NCBI GenBank assembly: GCA_963758295.1
Contig: CAVWUU010000001.1
Location: forward strand, 320,001-384,000
Length of the DNA stretch: 64,000 bases
Direction: 5' to 3'
Source of the DNA: Candidatus Eremiobacteria bacterium
GTDB taxonomy: Bacteria > Vulcanimicrobiota > Vulcanimicrobiia > Vulcanimicrobiales > Vulcanimicrobiaceae
The position numbers were made by a program, and so were the translations under genes. The notes beneath the pieces were generated by a model. The model was not told the DNA's origin. It was given only the letters and a program-made list of their open reading frames with translations, and did no database searches. Below are positions 9,812-19,618 of the stretch, one piece after another (within the stretch, counting starts at the first letter, position 1; each line of letters begins with the position of its first letter).

Positions 9812-10843
9812 TCACGCCGCAATGCCCTCCGCGCGCGTCGCAACGTAGCGCCGTGCCGCCAAGATGAGAATGATCAATCCTTCGATCACGTGGATCGCAT
9901 CTTTGGGAACTTGCGCGCTCGCCTGCATCGACAAGCCGCCGGCTTCCAAAATCCCAAAGCCGAACGCCGCGACGCAGATCCACAGCGGATGAAGATCGCC
10001 GACGAGCGCGACGGCAATCGCCGTGAATCCGTATCCCGGCGAGAGTTGCGTGTTGAAGCGATGAAGTTCGCCCGTCACGATCGCGGCTCCGCCCATGCCC
10101 GCGATGGCGCCGGAAAGCGCTAAGGGGAGCCACGTCATGCGGACGATGTTGACCCCGTTGCGGCGCGCCGCTTCCGGCGCTTCGCCCGTGGCGCGCAATT
10201 CGTATCCGAATACCGTGCGGCTTAGGACGAAGTACAAAGCGGCCGCAACGGCGAGCGCGATGAGGATGGCAATCGAGAGCCGCGTATGGGGAATCAATGC
10301 CGGCAGCCAATACGCCGCCGGAAGCCACGCCGTTTCCGCACCGCTCGCTTCTGGACCGCGAAGCGGTCCGCTGACGAGGTCGAGCGTCAGATACGCGGCG
10401 ACGAAATTCAGCATCAACGTCGCGATGATCTCGTTCGCGTTAAAGCGCGCTTTCATCCAGCCGGCGATCCCGCCCCAAAATCCGCCGCCGATCGCGGCGA
10501 GGAGCGAAAAGAATGACGATGCCCGAGCGCGGACGGCACGTGCAACATCGGACCGACCACGCCCGCGAAGAACGCGCCCACCAGCAGTTGACCCTCTGCG
10601 CCGATGTTGAACAGACCGCGCGCGAAACGCAAGCGAAATGCCGAGCGCCGGGAAAAAGTAGCGCGGTCGTTGCGACGAGCGTTTCGCCGATTTGGTTCCG
10701 TCCGCCAAGCGAGCCGGCGATCAGGGCGGAGAAACCTTCGACCGGCGTCGTTCCGGCGACCATCATTGCGGCCGACATAAGCACGACGAATCAACGCACC
10801 GCACCGGCAGGACCCGGCAAATTTCCGCGAGCGATCGATTCAT
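9812..10843 (-). CDS. Nucleoside/sugar (CUT2) ABC transporter permease, multiple frameshifts
   Basis: GLFNIGAEGQLLVG, NEIIATLMLNF and GYGFTAIAVAL occur in three frames. ATG 10843 overlaps the reconstructed ATPase stop. Confidence 0.8.
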
Positions 10844-12267
10844 CGTCCGCCCGCCATCATGCGGCCGATGGCGCCGCGGTCGAGTGCTTCACGCGTCGAA
10901 GGTTCCGGCGATTTCGCCGCGATACATCACGAGAATGCGATCGGCGAGCGCTGAGAATTTCATCGAGTTCGAACGAGATCAAGAGAATCGCCGCTCCGTC
11001 GTTGCGCGCTTGAATCAATCGCGATTGAACGAGCGCCGCGGCGCCGACGTCGATGCCACGCGTAGGATTATACGCAAGCACGAAAGCCGGCTTGTCGATA
11101 AGCGCCCGTCCTACGACGAGCTTTTGCTGGTTGCCGCCCGAAAGCGTGCGCACCGGCACGTCGAGCGAAGCGGCGCGCACGTCGAAAAGGCGGCCGATGC
11201 GATCTGCATCGTTGCGAGCACGCGTGCGATCGAGGATTGTGCCGCGACGTAGTTTTGTTTCGTGCTGACGCCCAAGCACCGCGTTGTCGACGATCGACCA
11301 CGGCATCACCAAGCGCTTCACGATGACGGTCTTGCGGAATCACGCCGATGCCGCCGTCACGCTCAATGTGCCCGGTGAAGGCCAACATGCCGGTAAGTGC
11401 GTCGGCTAGCGTCGTTTGTCCGTTCCCCTCGACGCCCGCGATGCCGACGATTTCGCCCGCCGCCACGTCGAACGAAATGCCGGAAATTGCTGCGGATCCG
11501 CTGCCTGCACTTACGTCTTTCAGTGAAACACAACGCGCCTTTTCCGTGACTGCTCGCGCGGCAACGGCCGGAAGGTCTCCGCCGACCATTGCACGTGCGA
11601 TCTGGTCGATCGTCGTTGCCGCCGTTTCCATTTGTGCGACGATTTTGCCGTGCCGCATCACCGTAACATGCCTCGAGTACGAAAGCACTTCTTGCAGCTT
11701 GTGCGTGACGATCAGAATTGCCGTCCCGCGCTTGGCAAGTTGCGTGATGCTCGCAAAGAACGCATCGATTTCCGCGGGCGCTAGGGCTGCCGTCGGTTCG
11801 TCGAGCAGCAGGACGGACGGTTCGCGATCCAGTTCGCGAAGGAGCTCGACGCGTTGTTGGACGCCGACCGGGAGATCGTCGACAAACGCATTGGGGTCGA
11901 TCGCGAACCCGTTGCGTTCGGCTAACTCCCTAACGCGCAGGCGAGCGGCGTCGGCATCGATACGCCAGCCGCGTCTAGGTTCGCGTCCGAGCAATACGTT
12001 CTGCCACACACGCAGCCGCCCGACGAGTTCGAAATGCTGGTGAACGAGGCCGACCGTTCCGTTTGCATAAACCGTTCCGGCGTCCGGCGCGATCTCGCCG
12101 AAAGCGATGGCGGAAAGCGTCGATTTACCCGCCCCGTTTTCACCGACGAGCGCGTGTATTTCGCCGGGGCGCAGCGTAAGATCGACGCCGTCGACGGCGA
12201 CGACTCCAGGGTACGCTTTGCGAATTCCGCGCAGCTCGAGCGCAGTCGAGGGTGTGGCTTGAATCAT
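10840..12267 (-). CDS. CUT2 ABC transporter ATP-binding protein (two ABC domains), frameshifted
   Basis: GENGAGKST, LLLDEPT, GVEGNGQ, LSGGNQQK and PTRGIDVGA across ORFs 11068..12285 and 10857..11321, ending ...GAIGRMMAGGR*. Confidence 0.85.
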
Positions 12268-13286
12268 ATCGGCGAAGGCGTCCACTTCGCGAGCGCTTCG
12301 CGAGAATCCGGAGGCATGATACGGCCGTCTTCGATCGCGCGCTGAATTGCCGCCAGCTTCGCGAGCCGCACGGCGCCGATGCTCTCGCGCGTGTAACGGA
12401 AATCGGTCAGGCCGACGGCATGTTGTTTCAAGCCGAGAACGATGTGTCCCGATAACGGCTTGCGCTGTTGAATGGCTTGTGCTACGTCGAACACGGCGAC
12501 GTCGACTTTTTTGACCATGGATGTAAGGACTTTTCCAGGCGCCAAACCGTCTTGGTCGCTATCCACGCCGATCGCATAAACGTTGTCGCGGTGCTTCACC
12601 GCTTCGATCGCGCCGAGTCCGGCTTTTCCGGCGGCCTGATAGATGATGTCGGCGCCGGAGTTCAAGAGCAAGTTGCTCAGCTCTTGGCCGGACGCCACAT
12701 CATCGAAGCTGCCGATGTACTTAACGTCGACGACGGTTTTAGGGTCGACTTCATGCGCGCCGGCAATGTATCCGGCTTCGAATTTCTGCAAGAGCGGAAT
12801 GTCCTGGCCGCCGAGAAATGCGATATGATGCGTCTTGCTCATCATGGCGGCTAAGGCGCCGGCAAGAAACGAGCCGTCCTGCTCGCGGAACGTTACTGAA
12901 ACGACGTTCGGGTCGTCGACCACCGCATCGATGATGGCGTATCGCTGCGATGGATTCTGCTTCGCAATTTGATCGAGATCGAGACTCATCAAAAAGCCGA
13001 TCGCGTAGATCATATCGACATGCAGGTTCGTGAGCGCGTCGAGATTGGGCTGGTAATCGGCGGCAGATCGCGACTGGAGCACTTGCACGTAGGCGTTGAG
13101 ATCCGAACGGGCGCGAACGAGTCCGCGGTAAGCGGAATCGTTGAAAGAACGGTCGCCTAAACCGCCCACGTCGGTGACCATGCCAAGCGTCAATTGCCCG
13201 GGTGCCGGAGCGCGACGGTGCATGCTGCAGCCGCTCGCGGCAAGAGCGAATACGACGGCCGTTAAAGCGACCAGCGCTTTCTTCAT
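12264..13286 (-). CDS. BMP-family (PnrA/TmpC-like) ABC substrate-binding lipoprotein
   Basis: Lipobox LAASGC, GGLGDRSFNDSAY, AIGVDSDQ and LTSMVKKVD; first gene of the ABC operon. Confidence 0.9.
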   Translation of the reverse strand: MKKALVALTAVVFALAASGCSMHRRAPAPGQLTLGMVTDVGGLGDRSFNDSAYRGLVRARSDLNAYVQVLQSRSAADYQPNLDALTNLHVDMIYAIGFLMSLDLDQIAKQNPSQRYAIIDAVVDDPNVVSVTFREQDGSFLAGALAAMMSKTHHIAFLGGQDIPLLQKFEAGYIAGAHEVDPKTVVDVKYIGSFDDVASGQELSNLLLNSGADIIYQAAGKAGLGAIEAVKHRDNVYAIGVDSDQDGLAPGKVLTSMVKKVDVAVFDVAQAIQQRKPLSGHIVLGLKQHAVGLTDFRYTRESIGAVRLAKLAAIQRAIEDGRIMPPDSREALAKWTPSPI

Positions 13287-13340
13287 TAAAGGGCAGACTA
13301 CGACCCGAGGGAGCTGAAGCCTTTGAACGAAGCCGCGGGG

Positions 13341-13805
13341 ATGCAAGCACGAGACCTTCGTTCGGGCGCACCGCGACGTTGGACGGAAACGGCCGGCGGA
13401 ATCAATTGGCTGCCACGGCTCATCGACAAAACTCGCGCGGCGCACGCGGGTACGCTCGGCGCATACCTTTACGGCCAGTCGCCGGTCGACGCGTCGCTGC
13501 TTCACACCCTGGGACTGGGGCATACCGAGTTTGCGCGAATCGTTCTCCAGTCGCCGGACGACGAGGCTGTCGTTGCCGCGCTCGCAAGTCGCGATCCGGG
13601 CGCGCTCGTGCGGGCGCGGGCGTGGGGCGATAGCCTAAAACGCCGGCAGCGCTGGTTCTTGTTTGTACTTGATGTCGATGACGGGTATGCTGGCGGCATA
13701 TGGAAGCCGATAAAACCCGTGGTGAATCTGGCGGCCAACGGACTGACGTGGGCGATGAAACGATTGTGGCCCTCGAACGCGATCGAACGATCGCGAAGCC
13801 GGTAG
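13341..13805 (+). CDS. DUF5069-like protein
   Basis: DLRSGAPRRW...WLPRLIDKTRA...GTLGAYLYGQSPVD resembles DUF5069 proteins. Confidence 0.6.
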   Translation: MQARDLRSGAPRRWTETAGGINWLPRLIDKTRAAHAGTLGAYLYGQSPVDASLLHTLGLGHTEFARIVLQSPDDEAVVAALASRDPGALVRARAWGDSLKRRQRWFLFVLDVDDGYAGGIWKPIKPVVNLAANGLTWAMKRLWPSNAIERSRSR

Positions 13806-13831
13806 CGACGGTAAGAAATCCGTGGGGCTGG

Positions 13832-14923
13832 ATGACGGAGCAGCGCGTCACCTACGCACTGAAAGTCGTCCTTCTCATCGTCGTGTCGCTATATCTTGCG
13901 GGCATGATTTTGGGATTTCTCGGGCGCATCGCAAGCGTCGTCTACATTCTGATCGGCGCGATCTTCTTTGCGTATCTGATCTTTCCGATCGTCGACCGCT
14001 TGCACCGGCGCATGCCTTTAGCCGTTGCGATTCTCATCGTGTATCTTTCGATCGTGGTATTGATCGGCTTCGTCGGCTGGCTTGTCGTGCCGAACCTTTC
14101 AAACGACGTGAGCCAGCTCGCCCACAATTACCCGGCGATCCTCGCCAAGATCAACACGTTGATCAACGACCCGAAGAACCCGGTACTTTCTAAGCTTCCG
14201 ATTTCGCTTCGCGAAGAAGCCATCAAGCTTCCCGACGAAACGATAGCCTGGATACGCATACACGGCGCGGAAGCAACGGGTCACGCGATAACGATCGTCC
14301 TGAGCACGGCAGCCACCGTTGCAACGTTCGTCATCATCCCGTTGCTTGCCGCATATTTATTGCTTGACGTCGACCGGCTGCGAAACAGCGTGTTGCGAGT
14401 GGTCCCCACTTCACGGTGGGCCACCACGTTATCGTTCATCAGCGAAGTCGATCGCGTCATCGGCGGATTCATCCGCGGCCAACTGCTTGTTGCGGCCTGC
14501 GTCGGCGTCATGTTGACGATCGGGTTACTAATCTTGCACGTGCCGTATGCCTTCTTACTTGGATTGCTGGCGGCGGTCGGCGACCTGGTTCCCTACGTCG
14601 GCGCTGTGCTGACGTTCATCCCCGCGGTCTTTACCGCGCTGATCAACAACGGCTTCGTAAATGCGTTAATCGTTGCGCTGGTGTTTATCGGGATCTACGA
14701 GCTCGAGGGTCATATCATCGCGCCGGCGATCGTAAGCAGGCAAGTGGAGTTGACCCCGCTCTCGGTGCTTCTCGCCGTACTAGTCGGCGCGGAACTTGGC
14801 GGCATCATCGGCATGCTCGTAGCCGTACCGGTCGCGGGCGTACTTCGGCTGATCATCCTACGGGTGATTACCCGTCCAGCCAAGGCACCGGCGCCCCTTG
14901 GCGCGAACGAAAAGGCACCGTGA
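13832..14923 (+). CDS. AI-2E (PerM/YhhT) family transporter
   Basis: FFAYLIFPIV, GGFIRGQLL, VPYVGA and GGIIGMLVAVP. The start is uncertain. Confidence 0.88.
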   Translation: MTEQRVTYALKVVLLIVVSLYLAGMILGFLGRIASVVYILIGAIFFAYLIFPIVDRLHRRMPLAVAILIVYLSIVVLIGFVGWLVVPNLSNDVSQLAHNYPAILAKINTLINDPKNPVLSKLPISLREEAIKLPDETIAWIRIHGAEATGHAITIVLSTAATVATFVIIPLLAAYLLLDVDRLRNSVLRVVPTSRWATTLSFISEVDRVIGGFIRGQLLVAACVGVMLTIGLLILHVPYAFLLGLLAAVGDLVPYVGAVLTFIPAVFTALINNGFVNALIVALVFIGIYELEGHIIAPAIVSRQVELTPLSVLLAVLVGAELGGIIGMLVAVPVAGVLRLIILRVITRPAKAPAPLGANEKAP

Positions 14924-15813
14924 GCACCACGGTTTCTTCAGCAAAAGCCGCACGCGTAGACGTGATCGGCGTTCCCATGGACCTCGGCGCAAGCCGTCGC
15001 GGCGTCGATATGGGACCCTCTGCGATCCGCTACGCGAAACTGCACGCGCGATTGCAAGAACTCGGCATCTCGCAATTGATCGACCACGGCAACCTTCAAG
15101 TGCCGATTCGTGAATCGATTTCCGACGTCGATCCGCAGGCGAAGTATTTTGCGATCATTCAAAGCGTTTGCGACGAGCTTGCAACGCTTGTGGAAGAAAG
15201 CGTGCGTTCCGGCGGTATGCCGGTCGTCCTCGGCGGCGATCATTCGATTGCAATGGGAACGCTTGCGGGACTGAAGCGCGCGCGCGGCGTCGCGCCGGGT
15301 CTCGTATGGATAGACGCGCATTCGGATATCAACAATCCGGAGAGTTCTCCGAGCGGAAACGTGCATGGGATGCCGTTGTGGTTCGCTTTGCGAAACGGCT
15401 TCGCCACACGCGAACGAACGGTGCAGATCGGCTTGCGCGACGTCGATGAAATCGAGAAACGCCTGCTGCGCGAATCGGGCGTGCGCGCATTTTCAATGAC
15501 CGATGTCGACCGGCTCGGCATGACGCGCGTGATGGAAGAAGCGCTCGCAATCGCCGGGGCAGACGACGGCTCGATTCACGTGTCGTTCGATATGGACGGC
15601 ATCGACCCGAGCGAAGCGCCCGGAACCGGAACGCCCGTCAAGGGGGGCCTGAGCTACCGCGAAGCGCATCTCGCCATGGAGATGCTGCACGAATCAGGGC
15701 AACTCGGGTCCATTGAAATGGTCGAAATCAATCCAATTCTCGACACGCGCAACCAGACGGCGGCGCTTGCCGTCGGCTTGATTTGCTCGGGCCTCGGAAA
15801 ATCGATTCTCTAA
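14920..15813 (+). CDS. rocF: Arginase
   Basis: GVPMDLGASRRGVDMGPSAIR, GGDHS, DAHSD, SGNVHGMP and SFDMDGIDP. GTGA overlap with the upstream gene. Confidence 0.93.
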   Translation: MSTTVSSAKAARVDVIGVPMDLGASRRGVDMGPSAIRYAKLHARLQELGISQLIDHGNLQVPIRESISDVDPQAKYFAIIQSVCDELATLVEESVRSGGMPVVLGGDHSIAMGTLAGLKRARGVAPGLVWIDAHSDINNPESSPSGNVHGMPLWFALRNGFATRERTVQIGLRDVDEIEKRLLRESGVRAFSMTDVDRLGMTRVMEEALAIAGADDGSIHVSFDMDGIDPSEAPGTGTPVKGGLSYREAHLAMEMLHESGQLGSIEMVEINPILDTRNQTAALAVGLICSGLGKSIL

Positions 15814-15835
15814 AATTCTCGATTTCGAAGGCGAT

Positions 15836-16378
15836 TTGCGGCGAGCGGGTGCGATGCGCCGGCTCGCCGAGTCGTATGCCGGCGTAGAACCCGCCGTTGC
15901 CTGCGCACATAAGATCGAAGCGGGCGACGCTTTTGCACTGGCAACGCGATTCGATTGCGATTGGGCGTATCGCAGCGGCACGGCGCTTTTCTGGCGGCGC
16001 GAGATTCGCGCGACCTCGGTTCACGAGCGGTTTCCGCCCTCGGCACCGCTTCGTCCCTTCGATCGCCGCGCCGTACTGCACGTGGAAGCGGAGCTGGACG
16101 GAAAACCGCTCGACTTCGTTGCTGCGACGCTCGGTGAAGAGCGCGCTTCATGTTTGCGCGACTTGCGCTTTCTCCGAAAGATGTTGCGCGTAACATACGG
16201 CTGCACGATCGCGTTCGTAGGAAATGCTGCGACGGTCCCAATCGGCTTCGCCGATTTGCGCTTCGAAACGAGGGCGCAGGGCGACTACAATTTGATCGTC
16301 GTGCGGCCTTCGCAGGCAACGCCGCCGCCGCAAACCGCCGGGTCCCACGAAGCGTCCGCGAGCATCGAACGAATCTGA
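15836..16378 (+). CDS. Hypothetical protein, possibly a degenerate endonuclease/exonuclease/phosphatase fold
   Basis: Co-oriented ORF filling the gap after arginase. Spacing of the AVACAHKI / TALFWR / RAVLHVE segments recalls EEP strands, but catalytic residues are not evident. Confidence 0.45.
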   Translation: MRRAGAMRRLAESYAGVEPAVACAHKIEAGDAFALATRFDCDWAYRSGTALFWRREIRATSVHERFPPSAPLRPFDRRAVLHVEAELDGKPLDFVAATLGEERASCLRDLRFLRKMLRVTYGCTIAFVGNAATVPIGFADLRFETRAQGDYNLIVVRPSQATPPPQTAGSHEASASIERI

Positions 16379-16992
16379 GTCTCGACCGCCGAGTCTACCG
16401 GCGGATCAAACGACACACTCTTGGTTTTACCGTCTTCCCCCACTGTAACGGTAAGCGTGGTGTGAATCTTCAACGCCGCCAGGGCCTTAAAGACCGAGGG
16501 ATCGAGCACCGGATCGGGCTGTTGCGCGCCAAAGGGCATGTAGCCGCCGACGTTCTCTCGCGTTTGCGTGGAGGCGACCTGTTCTTGCTGCGGCGTAGCC
16601 GGCGCGACCGGCGCGCCCGTGGCTTGCGTACGAGCGCCTACGCTGCCCGGAGTCTCTTGCGACGCCACGACAGGTGCGCGGCTGTTGTTCGTTGCGGCGA
16701 TCTGCTGCACACGGTGCGGAGCCTTTGCGGGTGCCTGGTGCGGGCGGGAACGCGCGATATGAACGATGGGCGCGCGCTTCGGAGCCACGGCAGCCGGCGG
16801 ATGCACGGCGGGACGCGGCGTCACGACCGCAATATGCGTTACATGCACGAAGGCAAGCGTTTCGATCGAAGGAGCTTCGCCGCGCAGCCAAGCGATCGTC
16901 GGCACGAAATACGCGCCGATCAGATGAAAAGCGAGTGACACAAGCAGTGCTTGGATCAACAACCGGTCAAGCCGCATCAGCGAGATGCCCAT
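16285..16992 (-). CDS. TonB-like protein (TM anchor, Pro/Ala-rich linker, short C-terminal domain)
   Basis: ALLVSLAFHL anchor, Pro-rich middle, and C-terminal LTVTVGEDGKTKSV...WDPA. Confidence 0.6.
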   Translation of the reverse strand: MGISLMRLDRLLIQALLVSLAFHLIGAYFVPTIAWLRGEAPSIETLAFVHVTHIAVVTPRPAVHPPAAVAPKRAPIVHIARSRPHQAPAKAPHRVQQIAATNNSRAPVVASQETPGSVGARTQATGAPVAPATPQQEQVASTQTRENVGGYMPFGAQQPDPVLDPSVFKALAALKIHTTLTVTVGEDGKTKSVSFDPPVDSAVETQIRSMLADASWDPAVCGGGVACEGRTTIKL

Positions 16993-17071
16993 ACTCCCTC
17001 CGATGAGTTCCTAACGCGCGCCTCGCGCCCGCCGTGACGGATTGCGCCGTCTGAGCCGAGAAGCCCGCCTC

Positions 17072-17317
17072 ATGGATACCGATATCGTACTCTATCAGGC
17101 CGAATGGTGCCCCTATTGCGCGCGCGTCCGTGCAAAGATGACCGACATGTTGCTCGACTATAAAATCGTGAACGTCCCGCGCGACCATTCAGAACGTAAG
17201 GCCGTGAAAGAGCTCTTCGGCGTGACCGGTATCCCTTCGATGACCGACGGCGACGTGAAGATCGCCGACGACGACGACGCCATCATCGAACATCTCCAGC
17301 AGAAGTACCGGAAGTGA
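17072..17317 (+). CDS. Glutaredoxin / GST N-terminal domain protein
   Basis: WCPYC motif and GIP cis-Pro motif; 81 aa. Confidence 0.85.
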   Translation: MDTDIVLYQAEWCPYCARVRAKMTDMLLDYKIVNVPRDHSERKAVKELFGVTGIPSMTDGDVKIADDDDAIIEHLQQKYRK

Positions 17318-17335
17318 CGCCCGTCCGGCCGATGA

Positions 17336-18095
17336 TTATACGAGCGCCACGGCGATCAGCGCGCCGGCCAGCGTAGCGGCCAAATTGACGCTGTCGTTTT
17401 GAATCCACGCAATGCCGCGGCGCACGCTCGTCGCAGCTCCGCACACGTGCGGGTTCGTCTCGCAGGTGCGCTCGCAGCGGGGACACCATCGCAGTGCCTG
17501 TGCGCTTGCGCCCAGGATCGAATCGAGGAACGCTCCGCAAACGCCGCCCAGAAAAACCGGTAAGAATGGTGCGACGCCGGCGATGGCGGCAATGAGTGCG
17601 ACGAGCGCCGCGCCGGCGAGTTCCGCCAGCGTCCCTTGCAGCGTCACGCCGCCCGAAAGACCGCGTTGCGAGCGGTCGCAGCGTGAGAATCGATCGCGGC
17701 AAGCCTCGGGCAAGCGTGCCGATTTCCGTGCCCCACGTGTCGGCCGAAGCAGCGGCAAAGGCACCCGCAAATGCAGCAGCCGCCGCGCCGAATCGCCACG
17801 ATAGCAGCAGGGCGAGCGCCGCAATTCCGCCATTGGCGAGCACTTGCCAAGCGTCGCGTGCGCCTTGCTTGCCGACGTCCACCAGATCCCGTTTTCGCGC
17901 CTTGCCGATTCTCGAGAGTATCGTCGAGGGCAGAAAGAACGCGAAGAGCACAGCCGTCGCCGGCCATCCGCCTATCCCGAACGTGATTGCGCCCACGAAA
18001 AATGCCGCAATCGCGCCGCTCGCGCTTAGCGCGCGAGCACGAAACGCGGCAGCCGCGATAAGAGCGGCGAGCGCAGTGCCGATCGCAATTTGCAC
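17336..18095 (-). CDS. DUF92 (TMEM19-like) membrane protein, frameshifted near 17665
   Basis: RDAWQVLANGG, ADTWGTEIG, SGGVTLQG, DSILGA and NDSVN across ORFs 17283..18095 and 17336..17833. Confidence 0.85.
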
Positions 18096-18099
18096 GACG

Positions 18100-19618
18100 T
18101 TAAGCGTTGAGGGCCAGGTAGTGGTGCAGCGCTTCTAAGAGGCCGTCGGTGGTGTAAACCTCGGCGATGACGTCGACCTCGAGGCCCAATTCTTCGGCAG
18201 CCGCCGCCGTAATCGGACCGATACATGCGACGACTTTATCTTGCGCCGCTTCTCGCGGCGCGACGCCGCCTAGCATTTCCGCGAACCCATGAACGGTGCT
18301 CGCGCTCGTGAACGTAAGCACGTCCGCGCGTAGCGACCTTCGCCGCAAAATCGGGGTCGTTTTCGAAACTCGTCTTATACGCGGAGACGATCGTCGGTTC
18401 GCGTCCAGCGTCTTGGAGCATCTGCGGCAGCACGTCGCGCGCTTCTTGCGCGCGATAGATCAGAATGCGCTCCCCGTCCGCTGTCGCTTCGATCAGCGCG
18501 CGTCCCACTTCTTCGCTGATGAACGCTGCCGGAACCAGATCGGGGCGCAGACCGTTCGCCCGCAAGCGATCGGCGGTTTTGGAGCCGATCGCGGCCACTC
18601 GTGTCTTGCCGAAGTAGCGGGCGTCGGCGCCTAGTGAATGCAGGCGTTCGAAGAACGCGTCAACGCCGTTTTGCGACGTAAACACGACCCAACCGAACTT
18701 CGCGAGTTCGTCGATCGCGCGATGCGCTGCATGAATGTCGTCCGGCGGACCGACCCCGATCGTCGAAGCGAGAATTGGTTCCACGCCGCGCGAGTAGAGC
18801 GCTTGCGCGAACGCGTCCGCTTGATGCGCGGGACGGGTGATCAGCACGCGTTTTCCAAAAAGCGGCGAGTTATCGAACCAGCGCAGTTGTTCCCGAAGTT
18901 CCACGACTTCACCGATCACCACGATCGCCGGCGCCCCTAATCCTGCGCTCCGCGCGTCTTGCGCGATGCTTTGCAACGTGCCCGTAACCGTTCTTTGCGC
19001 GGGCCGCGTGCCTTCGGCAATAACCGCAGCCGGGGTCGAAGGCGAAAGGCCGTGCTGAACGAGGCGCTCCGCGATCGTCGCGAGATTGCCCATCGCCATT
19101 AAAAGCACGAGCGTGCGATGGGGATCCGCCAGCTTTGCCCAATCGATGCTTGATTCGGCTTTCTCGGGATCTTCGTGTCCCGTTGCCACCGTGAAAACCG
19201 GGTTGTAGTCGCGATGCGTGACCGGAATGCCGGCGTATGCGGGCGCCGCAATCGCGCTTGTAATGCCCGGAACGATCTCAAAAGCAATCCCCGCGTCGCG
19301 CAGGGCTTGCGCTTCTTCGCCGCCGCGCCCAAAAACGAAAACATCGCCGCCCTTCAAACGGACGACGTGTTTGCCGGTGCGAGCCTTTTCCACCATGAGC
19401 GCTTCGATGTCGGCTTGCGGCATGGCATGGTTTCCACCACGCTTTCCCACGTAGATCCGCTCGCACGACGGCGGGACCATATTTACGATCGGATCGCTTG
19501 CGAGCGCATCATAAAGCAGCACTTCGGCGCGGCGCAGAACGTCGGCTGCGCGCAACGTCAACAAGCCGGGATCGCCGGGGCCGGCGCCTACAAGCCAGAC
19601 GCGCCCAGGCTCACTCAT
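18100..19618 (-). CDS. cobA: Uroporphyrinogen-III C-methyltransferase / uroporphyrinogen-III synthase fusion (CobA-HemD), frameshifted near 18330
   Basis: LVGAGPGDPGLLT, RLKGGD and VPGITS, followed by HemD motifs RVLITRP, VFTSQNGV, and in ORF 18100..18348 TFTSASTV and CIGPITA. Confidence 0.9.

Noticed and set aside
8953..12267. Programmed frameshifting in the ABC operon
   Set aside because: Too many breaks in both directions and no slippery heptamers; sequencing error or decay is more parsimonious.
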